Of a stretch of 56,401 bases of DNA, positions 6,755 through 14,231 are shown one piece after another. The notes below the pieces were generated by a model. The model ran no database searches and was not told the DNA's origin. It worked only from the letters and a program-made list of their open reading frames with translations. Source of the DNA: a virus; the IMG/VR virus record IMGVR_UViG_3300005512_000043, positions 1-56,401 of that record, one strand, 5' to 3'. Position numbers and translations under genes: made by a program. Position 1 is the stretch's first letter; each line of letters starts with the position of its first letter.

Positions 6755-7950
6755 CGTCTTCTCCTCAGGTGATAGCCGCCGATGTCCTCGCCGGCGATCG
6801 CTCTGTCGAGCATCGAGAAGTCGGGCCGCGATTGACGGAGCACCGCGTCGCAGTAGTGCTGTCTTCCCGCGGGGTCGCGATCGAACAGATCCGCCCAGCG
6901 TTCGAGGTCCATGCGGTTCATCACGCGATGCAAGGAGTCCGAGTTCCATACGCTGCGCAGCGGGTCGTAGCAGTTCTCGTGCTCGGGGTCCGTGCCCCAC
7001 GGCAGCGGGGCTGCTCCTTGCATCGCGTAGACGACGTGCTTCGTCGTCTGCCACCGGCGTCCGGCGGGAATCATCGGTCCGCAGGTAGTCTCCCTGAGTC
7101 GCTGATCTACCTCCGCGAGCGGCACCTGTCCGACGAAGACGTCCGGCCTGTAGCCGCTGAACTGCTCCCAATCTGCGCCCCATACGCGGGTCGTCGCCGG
7201 GTCCAGGTTGTCTAGCAGCCCGCTCCAGATCGCATCGCGGTGCCTCCACGGAAGGTTGCGCTCTTTCCGCAAGTGCGAGTGGGCCAGGACGCCGACCTTC
7301 CACGGTCGCGGTTCTGTATCCCTGTGCGGCTCGAGGCCATACTGAAACCAATTCTCGACGCCGGCGTAGACCGCCTCGACGTCGATGGCGTGATACTCGC
7401 GGCAAGTCTGCGTACGCTCCATGTTCTCCTGCGAGAGTACCGCTCGCGGGACGAAGTGCGGCCATATCAGCATCTCGTGGTGTCGCGGGTAGCATTTCGG
7501 ATCTGTCACGACGAGTATCCGACGCTGTACCTCGAGTTCCTTCGCCACTGCTAGGTACACGGTGCCGGTTTGCTGACAAGCGACGCGCTGCATCATGACG
7601 CCCCACGGGTTATCGACCACGAACATCGTTGAGTCGGTGCCCGGGAGCTCCACGAAGACATACGGTGGCGGCGCCTTTTCACGGATCTGTCTCGCGATCT
7701 CCTTGGCTGCTTCTTCCTGCGGAGCAGGCCCGTCCTCTGGCGTGACATGACCCACCGCCGTCTGGGCAACGGGACACGGCGCTGTGCCGAAGAGGCGACC
7801 CACGTAGCAGACGCTTTCATATTTGTCTGCGAGATAGCGTAACACACCCTGAGCATTGCGCGCGTCACCACGACTCGACGCTCGCGCCCCTGCAAGTGCA
7901 TCAGGCATCGTCAGGGCGGACCCGGTCTTGCTCACCAGTATCGACGTCAT
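6751..7950 (-). CDS. Putative glycosyltransferase, possibly DNA-modifying (399 aa)
   Basis: Start at the ATG 7950 (MTSILVSK...), with ATGA overlap to the upstream gene. The C-terminal half (GVLAHSHLRKE...VWGADWEQFSGYRPDVFVGQVPLAEV...TTKHVVYAMQGAAPL) resembles the nucleotide-sugar-binding half of GT-B enzymes such as T4 beta-glucosyltransferase. This is a by-eye judgement only. Confidence 0.35.
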   Translation of the reverse strand: MTSILVSKTGSALTMPDALAGARASSRGDARNAQGVLRYLADKYESVCYVGRLFGTAPCPVAQTAVGHVTPEDGPAPQEEAAKEIARQIREKAPPPYVFVELPGTDSTMFVVDNPWGVMMQRVACQQTGTVYLAVAKELEVQRRILVVTDPKCYPRHHEMLIWPHFVPRAVLSQENMERTQTCREYHAIDVEAVYAGVENWFQYGLEPHRDTEPRPWKVGVLAHSHLRKERNLPWRHRDAIWSGLLDNLDPATTRVWGADWEQFSGYRPDVFVGQVPLAEVDQRLRETTCGPMIPAGRRWQTTKHVVYAMQGAAPLPWGTDPEHENCYDPLRSVWNSDSLHRVMNRMDLERWADLFDRDPAGRQHYCDAVLRQSRPDFSMLDRAIAGEDIGGYHLRRRR

Positions 7951-8291
7951 TCGATTACCTCCACGAGTGGATGCCAGTGAAATACGTTCTTCTCTCTCGG
8001 TCCGAGCAGTACGACGCGCTTGCCGAGAGCGATCGCCGCGCCGATCTCGCTGTGTCTGCCGCCGCCGATGCTCTGATCGTCGCCCGTGAGGCAGTATACC
8101 GTATCGCAGCCTGCTAACTCCTCGAGGTCGCGCTCGGCCCACTCTCGGCAACGCTCGTCGCTCGGCTCCTCCGGATGCTCGACGTCGTGCCACGTACTCG
8201 TGACGTGGAACCCGGCGAGCCTGAGCCTGTCGGCTCTCGCTCTCGCCTCTCCGATGCGCGGCCAGCTCGCTGCTATGTAGATCTTCGACAT
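7947..8291 (-). CDS. Nucleoside 2-deoxyribosyltransferase-like protein (114 aa)
   Basis: MSKIYIAASWPR...ERDLEELAGCDTVYCLTGDDQSIGGGRHSEIGAAIALGKRVVLLG follows the NDT/DUF4406 Rossmann-like pattern (YIAg...D-l...cD...G-x-x-E-x-G-x-A). Start moved to the ATG at 8291. Confidence 0.55.
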   Translation of the reverse strand: MSKIYIAASWPRIGEARARADRLRLAGFHVTSTWHDVEHPEEPSDERCREWAERDLEELAGCDTVYCLTGDDQSIGGGRHSEIGAAIALGKRVVLLGPREKNVFHWHPLVEVIE

Positions 8292-8806
8292 TGCCTGATG
8301 ACCTCCGGTACGTGAACGTAACTCTCGAGCACCTGGTGAAAGAAGCTGTTGTACGTATCGCACGCGCGGCACGCCAGCTTGAACGTGTGACGGGCTATCT
8401 GCATTGCCTTCTGGCCATTGAGCGCGTAGGCGTGCAAGTTCAGCGTAGCGACGGCGATCTGCCAGCAGCCGCCCACGTATGGCTCGCTCGCCCTCACGCT
8501 GCCGCCGAACATGAGCATCTCCCACGTATCCGGCAGCGGATCGGGATAACCGACCCACTCGGCGTCGTCCTCGAGGATCATCACGCGTTGACACCCCGCC
8601 TGAAGAGCGTGCTCGATGGCCACCGCGTGGCTCTGTGTCACAGCGTAATACCGCGGCTGGTCCCGCCAGTAGCTCGGTGGCTCTATTTCACCGAGCACGA
8701 TCGCCTTTACGCGTAGGTCGGGCCACCGCTCATAAAACGAACTGACATCTTCGTGCAGGATCACGTACACGTTGTCGCCGAACGCATCGTTTAGCGCGTT
8801 TCCCAC
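8273..8806 (-). CDS. Glycosyltransferase family 25-like protein (177 aa)
   Basis: HAVAIEHALQAGCQRVMILEDDAEW resembles the GT25 (LPS galactosyl/glucosyltransferase) signature around ILEDD. Confidence 0.5.
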   Translation of the reverse strand: MGNALNDAFGDNVYVILHEDVSSFYERWPDLRVKAIVLGEIEPPSYWRDQPRYYAVTQSHAVAIEHALQAGCQRVMILEDDAEWVGYPDPLPDTWEMLMFGGSVRASEPYVGGCWQIAVATLNLHAYALNGQKAMQIARHTFKLACRACDTYNSFFHQVLESYVHVPEVIRQCRRST

Positions 8807-9150
8807 GATGTCTCCTTCCCGAAGCGTTCCAGCGCGGCGTTGTACACCGGCCAGTTGCTTATTCGCTTGTCCTCACCCGGAAAGTCTATGATGCTCGGAC
8901 GGTCATCTCGACGATCGGTGATTCCGCATGCGGCAAACTCCGCTTCTTCCGGCGCACGCTCCAGACAGTAGAATACGTCGACAAACGTTAAATCGTGGTA
9001 GATCGTCACACGCTTCGGTCGTACGACACCGACGGCCAGCGTGTTGTGGCGATTGAACGGGCGACAAAAGATCGCACTCGCGTCACCAGTGTTACCCGCC
9101 ATCAACATCGCTAGCTTCTTCACCTGCGATTCTGTTGCCTTGAAACGCAT
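8791..9150 (-). CDS. Hypothetical protein (119 aa)
   Basis: ATG at 9150 with GGAGA 6 nt upstream. It overlaps the 3' end of the upstream gene by 59 nt; internal ATGs at 9108 and 9102 are alternative starts. Confidence 0.55.
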   Translation of the reverse strand: MRFKATESQVKKLAMLMAGNTGDASAIFCRPFNRHNTLAVGVVRPKRVTIYHDLTFVDVFYCLERAPEEAEFAACGITDRRDDRPSIIDFPGEDKRISNWPVYNAALERFGKETSWETR

Positions 9151-9670
9151 CGATGCTCTCCTGCGCGGCCACCACCGCGATCGCCAACATTGAGTCGGGA
9201 ATGTTCACGAACTTGTCGCGTATTTTGTCCCACGGCACGCCGAACTGGAGTGCCATGCTCACCATCACAGCCCAGCCGTTGACGAACGAGGCCACGTCGC
9301 TGCCCTGCTTGGCGACCACGACAAACACCTCGCCTGGCTCACCGTCGTCGAAGAAGCCGACCGTTATGTACATGTCGATACCGTGCGCGACCTTCTTCGT
9401 AGTCATGCTCTTGCGGGTATCGGACAAGCGTCGGCGCCTGTTAGCGTCGAAGATCTTGAGCCATTGTCTCGCGATCGCTCGGTCGAAGCTCACTTCGTGC
9501 TCAGTGAGCTTTTCGTATGTCGCTTCGGCCCGGCGTCGCCAGTGCGAAACGAGATCCGACTTGATGAGTAGCGAGCCGTCGGTCTGCGGCTGCCCCACCT
9601 GTAACATAAAGACGATCCAGTCGCTCCACATCTTGTGGGCGTGAGCCGCTAGTCCCTCGATGTTAGCCAT
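9092..9670 (-). CDS. TSCPD-like domain protein (192 aa)
   Basis: The C-terminal GIDMYITVGFFDDGEPGEVFVVVAKQGSDVASFVNGWAVMVSMALQFGVPWDKIRDKF matches the TSCPD domain, the C-terminal module of class II ribonucleotide reductases. The eponymous Cys residues are absent. The N-terminal half is unknown. Confidence 0.55.
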   Translation of the reverse strand: MANIEGLAAHAHKMWSDWIVFMLQVGQPQTDGSLLIKSDLVSHWRRRAEATYEKLTEHEVSFDRAIARQWLKIFDANRRRRLSDTRKSMTTKKVAHGIDMYITVGFFDDGEPGEVFVVVAKQGSDVASFVNGWAVMVSMALQFGVPWDKIRDKFVNIPDSMLAIAVVAAQESIDAFQGNRIAGEEASDVDGG

Positions 9671-9897
9671 CGCTCTACGGCCTCCTTACTGCCCCACGAT
9701 CCACTAGGCAGCTCGTTGTAGCACCAGCAGACGATCTGGTACAGAGCCTTTTGATTCATGTCGTCGGCTCGCAGACACGCTTCCTTGAGATCGTTGCTCA
9801 GCACGGCTGCTAGGAAGCTGCCGGGCGTCGCGCGTTGATCGCGGTATGCCGTCAGCCCCGGCAGCGTGTGCGCAGGCACTTGGCTAGGATCGTACAT
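9649..9897 (-). CDS. Hypothetical protein (82 aa)
   Basis: Start moved to the ATG at 9897 (MYDPSQVPAHT...), with GAGGGA upstream. The upstream part of the track ORF is a Ser/Arg-rich shadow. Confidence 0.55.
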   Translation of the reverse strand: MYDPSQVPAHTLPGLTAYRDQRATPGSFLAAVLSNDLKEACLRADDMNQKALYQIVCWCYNELPSGSWGSKEAVERWLTSRD

Positions 9898-10342
9898 AGT
9901 GTTCCCTCGTGATGTGCGCGCACATACGCGCGGCAAGTTCTCGGTTCGCGGGCTCGTTCCACCACCGATTGCGGCCGCTCGAGTGCGGACAGCAGTAGTA
10001 CCACTTGTTATCTCGCTTTTGCCCCGCGCATATCGGCGAGTTGACGCCGAAGACTCGCTGGACATTGCGACCGCATAGGACGAACGCGTCGAAGTCGAGC
10101 GTCTGTACGTGTCTCGCCCTTGCGGCCGCGACGCGCGGATCCCAGGCGCCGTACGTCCCCGGCCACATGAGATTAACGCTCGCGTCCCACTTGAGACCGA
10201 GGCCGCTGAGCAGCTCATCCTTGATGAACGCGCCCATTTCCATGAGCCTCGCCACGGTCTCGGGCACGGCGTCCCACCACGGCGACGGTTCGGGCGCGCT
10301 AACTTCCTTGTTCGCCTGCTGTCCTACCAAGATGACGGTCAC
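9884..10342 (-). CDS. Uracil-DNA glycosylase superfamily-like protein with a non-canonical motif A
   Basis: VTVILVGQQAN occupies the place of the family-4 motif (vGEaPG), and CCPHSSGRNRWWN occupies the place of the HPS motif B. A GTG start at 10342 is preceded by AAGAGG; the track start at 10402 would overlap the SEC-C gene further. Confidence 0.45.
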   Translation of the reverse strand: MTVILVGQQANKEVSAPEPSPWWDAVPETVARLMEMGAFIKDELLSGLGLKWDASVNLMWPGTYGAWDPRVAAARARHVQTLDFDAFVLCGRNVQRVFGVNSPICAGQKRDNKWYYCCPHSSGRNRWWNEPANRELAARMCAHITREHYVRS

Positions 10343-10484
10343 GGCAGCACCTCTTGTATTTCTTGCCCGAGTTACAGGGACACGGATCGTTTCGCTTCGC
10401 ACGCGGGCGGCGTACGAGTTTCTCAGCTCGAGCGTCCTGGTCGTCGAGTCGCTTCAGTATGTGTGATACTAGGTGATTATGCAT
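10299..10484 (-). CDS. SEC-C motif small protein (61 aa)
   Basis: NDPCPCNSGKKYKRCC is a textbook SEC-C zinc-binding motif. Its 3' end overlaps the UDG-like gene in another frame. Confidence 0.7.
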   Translation of the reverse strand: MHNHLVSHILKRLDDQDARAEKLVRRPRAKRNDPCPCNSGKKYKRCCRDRHLGRTAGEQGS

Positions 10485-10885
10485 TGATAGACGATTCCAT
10501 AGTCGAGTGACTCGGGAATGCGCTTCGCCTCGGGGTGCGGGTCCCAGATCACGCCGACGCCGAGGCGCTCAGTCCTGACGCATACGACCGAATGGAGCAA
10601 GCCTCGTTCTCCCAGCCCGGTTCCGATGAATGACCCGCGGATTGCGCCGAAGCGCTTCGTCGTGATAGGCCAGAGCCCCGTGTGATCGTTCATCCACATC
10701 TGAAACTCGGACCACCAGTCGTCTAAGAGGGCGAAGTTCGGGGTATCCTGGATGTTTACGTCGTGCAGCGAGGCGACACACGCCGCGAGGCAGTTGCCCT
10801 CCTCACCGAACGACGTCTGGTGCACTTTGTGCGGCGGCTCGATCTGTCCGCGCCAGTCAAGTAAGTGAGTCACGCCATGCTCCAT
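10469..10885 (-). CDS. Hypothetical protein, possible papain-fold Cys/His peptidase (138 aa)
   Basis: EGNCLAACVASL resembles the catalytic Cys helix of C39-like/papain-fold peptidases, and a downstream LLHSVV supplies a candidate His. Weak by-eye call. Confidence 0.3.
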   Translation of the reverse strand: MEHGVTHLLDWRGQIEPPHKVHQTSFGEEGNCLAACVASLHDVNIQDTPNFALLDDWWSEFQMWMNDHTGLWPITTKRFGAIRGSFIGTGLGERGLLHSVVCVRTERLGVGVIWDPHPEAKRIPESLDYGIVYQCIIT

Positions 10886-11258
10886 GTAATACGCGACTCT
10901 CGTCGTCGGAGCCGATCGTGTGCTGACGAATAACGACTAGCGGCGCGTGCTTGATCTCTGTGCCGCTCGGAACGACGAACTCGAGGACCTGCCACTGGAT
11001 CAGTAGCTTGATGCACTCGGGACACGGACTGTGCGTCGCATAGAGTACGCATCTCGGTCCCGGCTCTCGCAGCGCGTTGGCCAGGGCGTTCGGAACCGCG
11101 TGCACGAGCAGCGTCTCGTTGAAGTGCGCTGGATGACTCAGGCCGCGTACGTAACCCGTGTAGCCGCACGAGAGAACGCGCTTGTTCTCATCGACGAGAA
11201 CGACGCCGTTCTTGTGCTGAGTCGGCGACCGCTGTGCCACGACCCATGCCATCGCCAT
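10857..11258 (-). CDS. dCMP/cytidine deaminase-fold protein lacking the catalytic Glu (133 aa)
   Basis: GVVLVDENKRVLSCGYTG, then HAVPNAL, then 22 aa to PCPEC. The spacing is identical to the HAE...PCxxC zinc motif of dCMP deaminases, but HAE is HAV here. Confidence 0.65.
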   Translation of the reverse strand: MAMAWVVAQRSPTQHKNGVVLVDENKRVLSCGYTGYVRGLSHPAHFNETLLVHAVPNALANALREPGPRCVLYATHSPCPECIKLLIQWQVLEFVVPSGTEIKHAPLVVIRQHTIGSDDESRVLHGAWRDSLT

Positions 11259-11284
11259 AAAATACTCGTCCCACGTTGCTCGTT

Positions 11285-11806
11285 TTATGATATTCTATCC
11301 AGTTCTGCCGCGATGAGCGCAGCGGCACGCACGAGGTTCTCACGCTTACCGCGCGGCTTGAACGTCCAGTCGTACGGTACGCGCTTTTCGTCACCTGTCA
11401 AATAAGCCACGGCGATTTCCACGAGCTCACCGCTCGTGTGCTCGTCGTCGTGCTTCCACATGCGACGCTGCTTGGCCCGCTCCATCGCGATCGCGCGGCA
11501 CGCCTCGGTCCACGCCGGCGTTTCGCGCGTTTCGTCGGCGAACGCGAGCACGCGATAGAGCGCGTCGCCGTGCTGTGCACCCGCGATCTCATAAGCGTTT
11601 GCATCGACGCCACCCGATAGCCTCTCTGCCTCGAGCTTGTTCCAACGCTGATGCGCCCGGCAGAGATCAGTCAACGCGTCGTCGAGCTCGGTACGATCGC
11701 GCTTGTCGGTGAGAGCTTGAATAGCGTCGTTTACCGCGCGTCGCTGCTCGCTACTCAGATGACCGCGAATCTTTCGTAGACCCATGATTACTTGATCTTT
11801 AGTCAT
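11285..11806 (-). CDS. Hypothetical all-helical protein (173 aa)
   Basis: ORF track. The C-terminal HDDEHTSGELVEIAVAYL...NLVRAAALIAAELDRI is reminiscent of phage NTP-pyrophosphohydrolase-like helical domains. Not confidently assignable. Confidence 0.55.
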   Translation of the reverse strand: MTKDQVIMGLRKIRGHLSSEQRRAVNDAIQALTDKRDRTELDDALTDLCRAHQRWNKLEAERLSGGVDANAYEIAGAQHGDALYRVLAFADETRETPAWTEACRAIAMERAKQRRMWKHDDEHTSGELVEIAVAYLTGDEKRVPYDWTFKPRGKRENLVRAAALIAAELDRIS

Positions 11807-11809
11807 GAG

Positions 11810-12082
11810 TCATGAGATAAACACCGTTTTCGTTCGGTGTTCCCACCCGTAGTTGCGATCTTCCCATCTTCCGTTCATCGGGTAGCGATACCTTTGCAAC
11901 GTCACTGTCACGTGTTCACACTCGAGGAACTCTGGCTTAGCGATTGGCGGCCAAACGTTAAGACGCTCGAACGCCTGCACGATGCAGTGGGCCACGCGAC
12001 GACCGTCGGCGTACTCTACGACATGATTCGCCACGGGACACCAGTCCATGAACATCGCGCTATGATTTTGCTGCTCTAACAT
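11810..12082 (-). CDS. Hypothetical protein (90 aa)
   Basis: ORF track. Contiguous with its neighbours on the minus strand. Confidence 0.55.
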   Translation of the reverse strand: MLEQQNHSAMFMDWCPVANHVVEYADGRRVAHCIVQAFERLNVWPPIAKPEFLECEHVTVTLQRYRYPMNGRWEDRNYGWEHRTKTVFIS

Positions 12083-12254
12083 CGATCATCTTGATCTCAT
12101 TAAGGTCGAGAATCGGCGGCCCTAAACCTTGTACGCGCAAGATAGTCTGAGCACCGAGTGCTTTGATCTCTTCTGCCTCGACGAGATGAGCATACACCAC
12201 ACCTCGATCGTGGTCGATCTCTAATTCGCACATTACCTTTGTGACTCTACGCAT
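12060..12254 (-). CDS. Hypothetical protein (64 aa)
   Basis: ATG at 12254 overlaps the ligase stop by 8 nt (MRRVTKVMCELEIDHDRG...). The rest of the 136-aa track ORF is a shadow of the ligase gene. Confidence 0.45.
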   Translation of the reverse strand: MRRVTKVMCELEIDHDRGVVYAHLVEAEEIKALGAQTILRVQGLGPPILDLNEIKMIDVRAAKS

Positions 12255-13092
12255 CGAGTTGCTCCCACGTGCACTCCACGTCGTCCTTGTCCGGTCTCCA
12301 CCTGTTAAAGCGCGCGTGCTGCAGTCGGCCGTGCGGCGTCTTGGCCTGATACTCGACCTCAACCACACGGCCGACGCAGTGCTCGCCCATGGCCTCTCTC
12401 TCAATGTCCGCCATGCCGCCGGCCCACCCCACTTGAACCAAGCCTTTCGTGGGGTGGAGCAGGCTGACACCCAGCGATCCCACCATGCCGCGGTACTTAC
12501 CCTTGCCCGGCTTGATCGACGTCACGACGCAGTCCACGGTTTTCTCAATCTTGAGCTTGAACCACCCGGAGTAGTTGAACTGCTTGAGAACCCAGCCCTC
12601 GAGGTGACAGCTTGCGGCTTGGAGTAGCAGCGCGTCGCGATCCTGCGGCATGAACTGGTGCAACATTCTCACGCTGCACTTGACGCCGGCGTTCTCCGCT
12701 ATGCGAAGAGCCGCGTCGACGTCCGAGTACTTGAGGTTGCCACCCTTCCAGTACGGTACGGCGAACGTCACATACGACAAGGCACGCGGCTTCTCCTTGA
12801 GGAGAGTCGGCACCTGGCTCGGGTGAGAGCCGTCAGTTGGACACAACTCGCCGTCTACTGCAGAAAGCGGCGGAGCGTTGCGAACGAACTCGTTGATGTT
12901 AGGCAGCTCAGCGAGCGTCGGACAGTACTTGAGATACTCCTCCGTGACTCGCAGGCTCTTTCCGTAGATGGACGTGTGACCGAGTTGATTCTTGAAGAGT
13001 GTGACGTGCCAGCCGTTGTGCTTAGGTTGAGCCCACTGCCACGGCTCACCTCGCCAGGCTCTCGGCTTAAGTCGCTCGAAGACAAATCGCAT
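12247..13092 (-). CDS. ATP-dependent DNA ligase (281 aa)
   Basis: Nucleotidyltransferase motifs appear in order: AQPKHNGWH (motif I, KxxG), VDGELC (III), FAVPYW (IIIa), EGWVLK (IV), WFKLK (V). Size and layout are T7-like. Confidence 0.85.
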   Translation of the reverse strand: MRFVFERLKPRAWRGEPWQWAQPKHNGWHVTLFKNQLGHTSIYGKSLRVTEEYLKYCPTLAELPNINEFVRNAPPLSAVDGELCPTDGSHPSQVPTLLKEKPRALSYVTFAVPYWKGGNLKYSDVDAALRIAENAGVKCSVRMLHQFMPQDRDALLLQAASCHLEGWVLKQFNYSGWFKLKIEKTVDCVVTSIKPGKGKYRGMVGSLGVSLLHPTKGLVQVGWAGGMADIEREAMGEHCVGRVVEVEYQAKTPHGRLQHARFNRWRPDKDDVECTWEQLDA

Positions 13093-13114
13093 CCTTTCGT
13101 CCTTTCGAGCTACT

Positions 13115-13143
13115 ATTATACCAAGTTTTCACTCCACTGTCAA
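13115..13143 (-). promoter_or_regulatory. Consensus sigma70 promoter upstream of the ligase gene
   Basis: Minus strand reads TTGACA (13143-13138), a 17-nt spacer, then TATAAT (13120-13115) preceded by TGG (extended -10). The ligase ATG is at 13092. Confidence 0.7.
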
Positions 13144-13455
13144 CTGAGCTTGCAGCTCGAGTAGCTGTGCTATCTCACGACGGGCGCGATGTCGCTGCAG
13201 TCGCCTGAGGGCCTTCTCGTGGGCCTTTTTCGCCGCCGCGATGCCCTGCGTAAGAGCAAAGTCGCGGGCCGCCTTGACCTCATCGACGCGATCGCGTGCT
13301 CTTTCGATGATTGCTTCTTGTGCCTCGACGAGCGCGTTGAATCTTCGATCGTCGGCCGCGTTGAGCTGTTCGTCTAGTAGACCTTTCGTGATACGAACGT
13401 TGATCTTGAGTTGCTCGGCGACTTCTGAGGGGCGCATCCGCGCTTTCTTTGCCAT
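13129..13455 (-). CDS. Hypothetical helical protein (108 aa)
   Basis: ORF track. GAAAGGAG SD upstream of the ATG at 13455. Confidence 0.65.
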   Translation of the reverse strand: MAKKARMRPSEVAEQLKINVRITKGLLDEQLNAADDRRFNALVEAQEAIIERARDRVDEVKAARDFALTQGIAAAKKAHEKALRRLQRHRARREIAQLLELQAQLTVE

Positions 13456-13477
13456 CGTTGACTCCTTTCGAGTTCTT

Positions 13478-13511
13478 AAAAGAGGCGGTTGGTCTCTCGA
13501 CCAACCGCCTC
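13478..13511 (-). terminator. Rho-independent terminator
   Basis: Minus strand reads GAGGCGGUUGGUC-GAGA-GACCAACCGCCUC followed by UUUU. It is a 13-bp perfect stem lying between 13554-14003 and 13129-13455. Confidence 0.75.
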
Positions 13512-13553
13512 AATGGTCGCTGCTGACGGGTGTACCGCCAGGTCCTTGCGGTG

Positions 13554-14003
13554 TTACTCGTCTTCGGAGATTTCCTCGCCGGCCAGGAGCGAGTCCACGT
13601 CGAAGCCCTGGGCCTCGAGCTTCTTCCGAAGCGTGCCCATCCGCTCCGCCATCCGCTTCAGATTCTTGACGGTGGCCTTCTGGCGCTTGCCGCCAGTCTT
13701 CTTGAGCTCCTCGGCTTCCTCGCGAAGCTTCTTGGCCTTGAGCTCGTGCTCCTCGGCCCGGTGGACGCAGTACTGCACGTCGTCCACGAAGTCCTTCTTC
13801 TTGAGGGCCTTGTGCTTGTCCCAGTCGAAGTCCGCCGGCGTTTCCTTGAACGGATACGTCCCGCCGTCGGTCATGCTCTGGAGCGCCGTCTCGTCGAACT
13901 GCTCGACATAGTCGGCGCGCTTCGCCTTGTTCTCCTCGGGCTTGGTCTCCTCGGGCTTGGTCTCGGGAGCCTTCGCCGACGCTTTCGCTTTGCCTTTCGC
14001 CAT
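13554..14003 (-). CDS. Hypothetical highly charged Lys/Glu-rich protein (149 aa)
   Basis: MAKGKAKASAKAPETKPEETKPEENK... This is the only one of three overlapping frames with a non-degenerate composition. It is the first gene after the 314-bp gap. Confidence 0.65.
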   Translation of the reverse strand: MAKGKAKASAKAPETKPEETKPEENKAKRADYVEQFDETALQSMTDGGTYPFKETPADFDWDKHKALKKKDFVDDVQYCVHRAEEHELKAKKLREEAEELKKTGGKRQKATVKNLKRMAERMGTLRKKLEAQGFDVDSLLAGEEISEDE

Positions 14004-14231
14004 GATCCGATCTCCATGTTCTTGCGGTCACCTACGAGGCGACCTGGTTCTGTCGAGTAAGCTATATCGTAGCACAACCACGGAGTACTGACACCGATCC
14101 TGCTCAACTCGGCGATAAATCTCACGCCGCTGCGGTCGGGGCGACCTCGCGGATGGCCTGTCGAACAGCCGAATCGAACCCAGGTATAAGTTGTTTCATA
14201 CCTTAGACTTATGATGATAGCCTGAAAAGGC

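Noticed and set aside
6755-7606. The N-terminal 284 codons of the 402-aa minus-strand ORF 6398-7606
   Set aside because: This stretch is an Arg-rich out-of-frame overlap with the 399-aa gene 6751-7950. The ATG at 6754 forms an ATGA junction with that gene's stop and gives a compositionally normal 118-aa protein.
13510-14060. Alternative frames over the Lys/Glu-rich gene (13510-14031 on minus, 13530-14060 on plus)
   Set aside because: Both give Arg/Gly- or Leu-rich degenerate products and lack an RBS. The frame 13554-14003 starts right after the leader with MAKGKAK.
14160-14190. A tRNA-like T-loop sequence (minus strand GGGTTCGATTCGG)
   Set aside because: No complementary T-stem, acceptor stem or anticodon arm can be drawn around it. 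I found no tRNA anywhere in the window.
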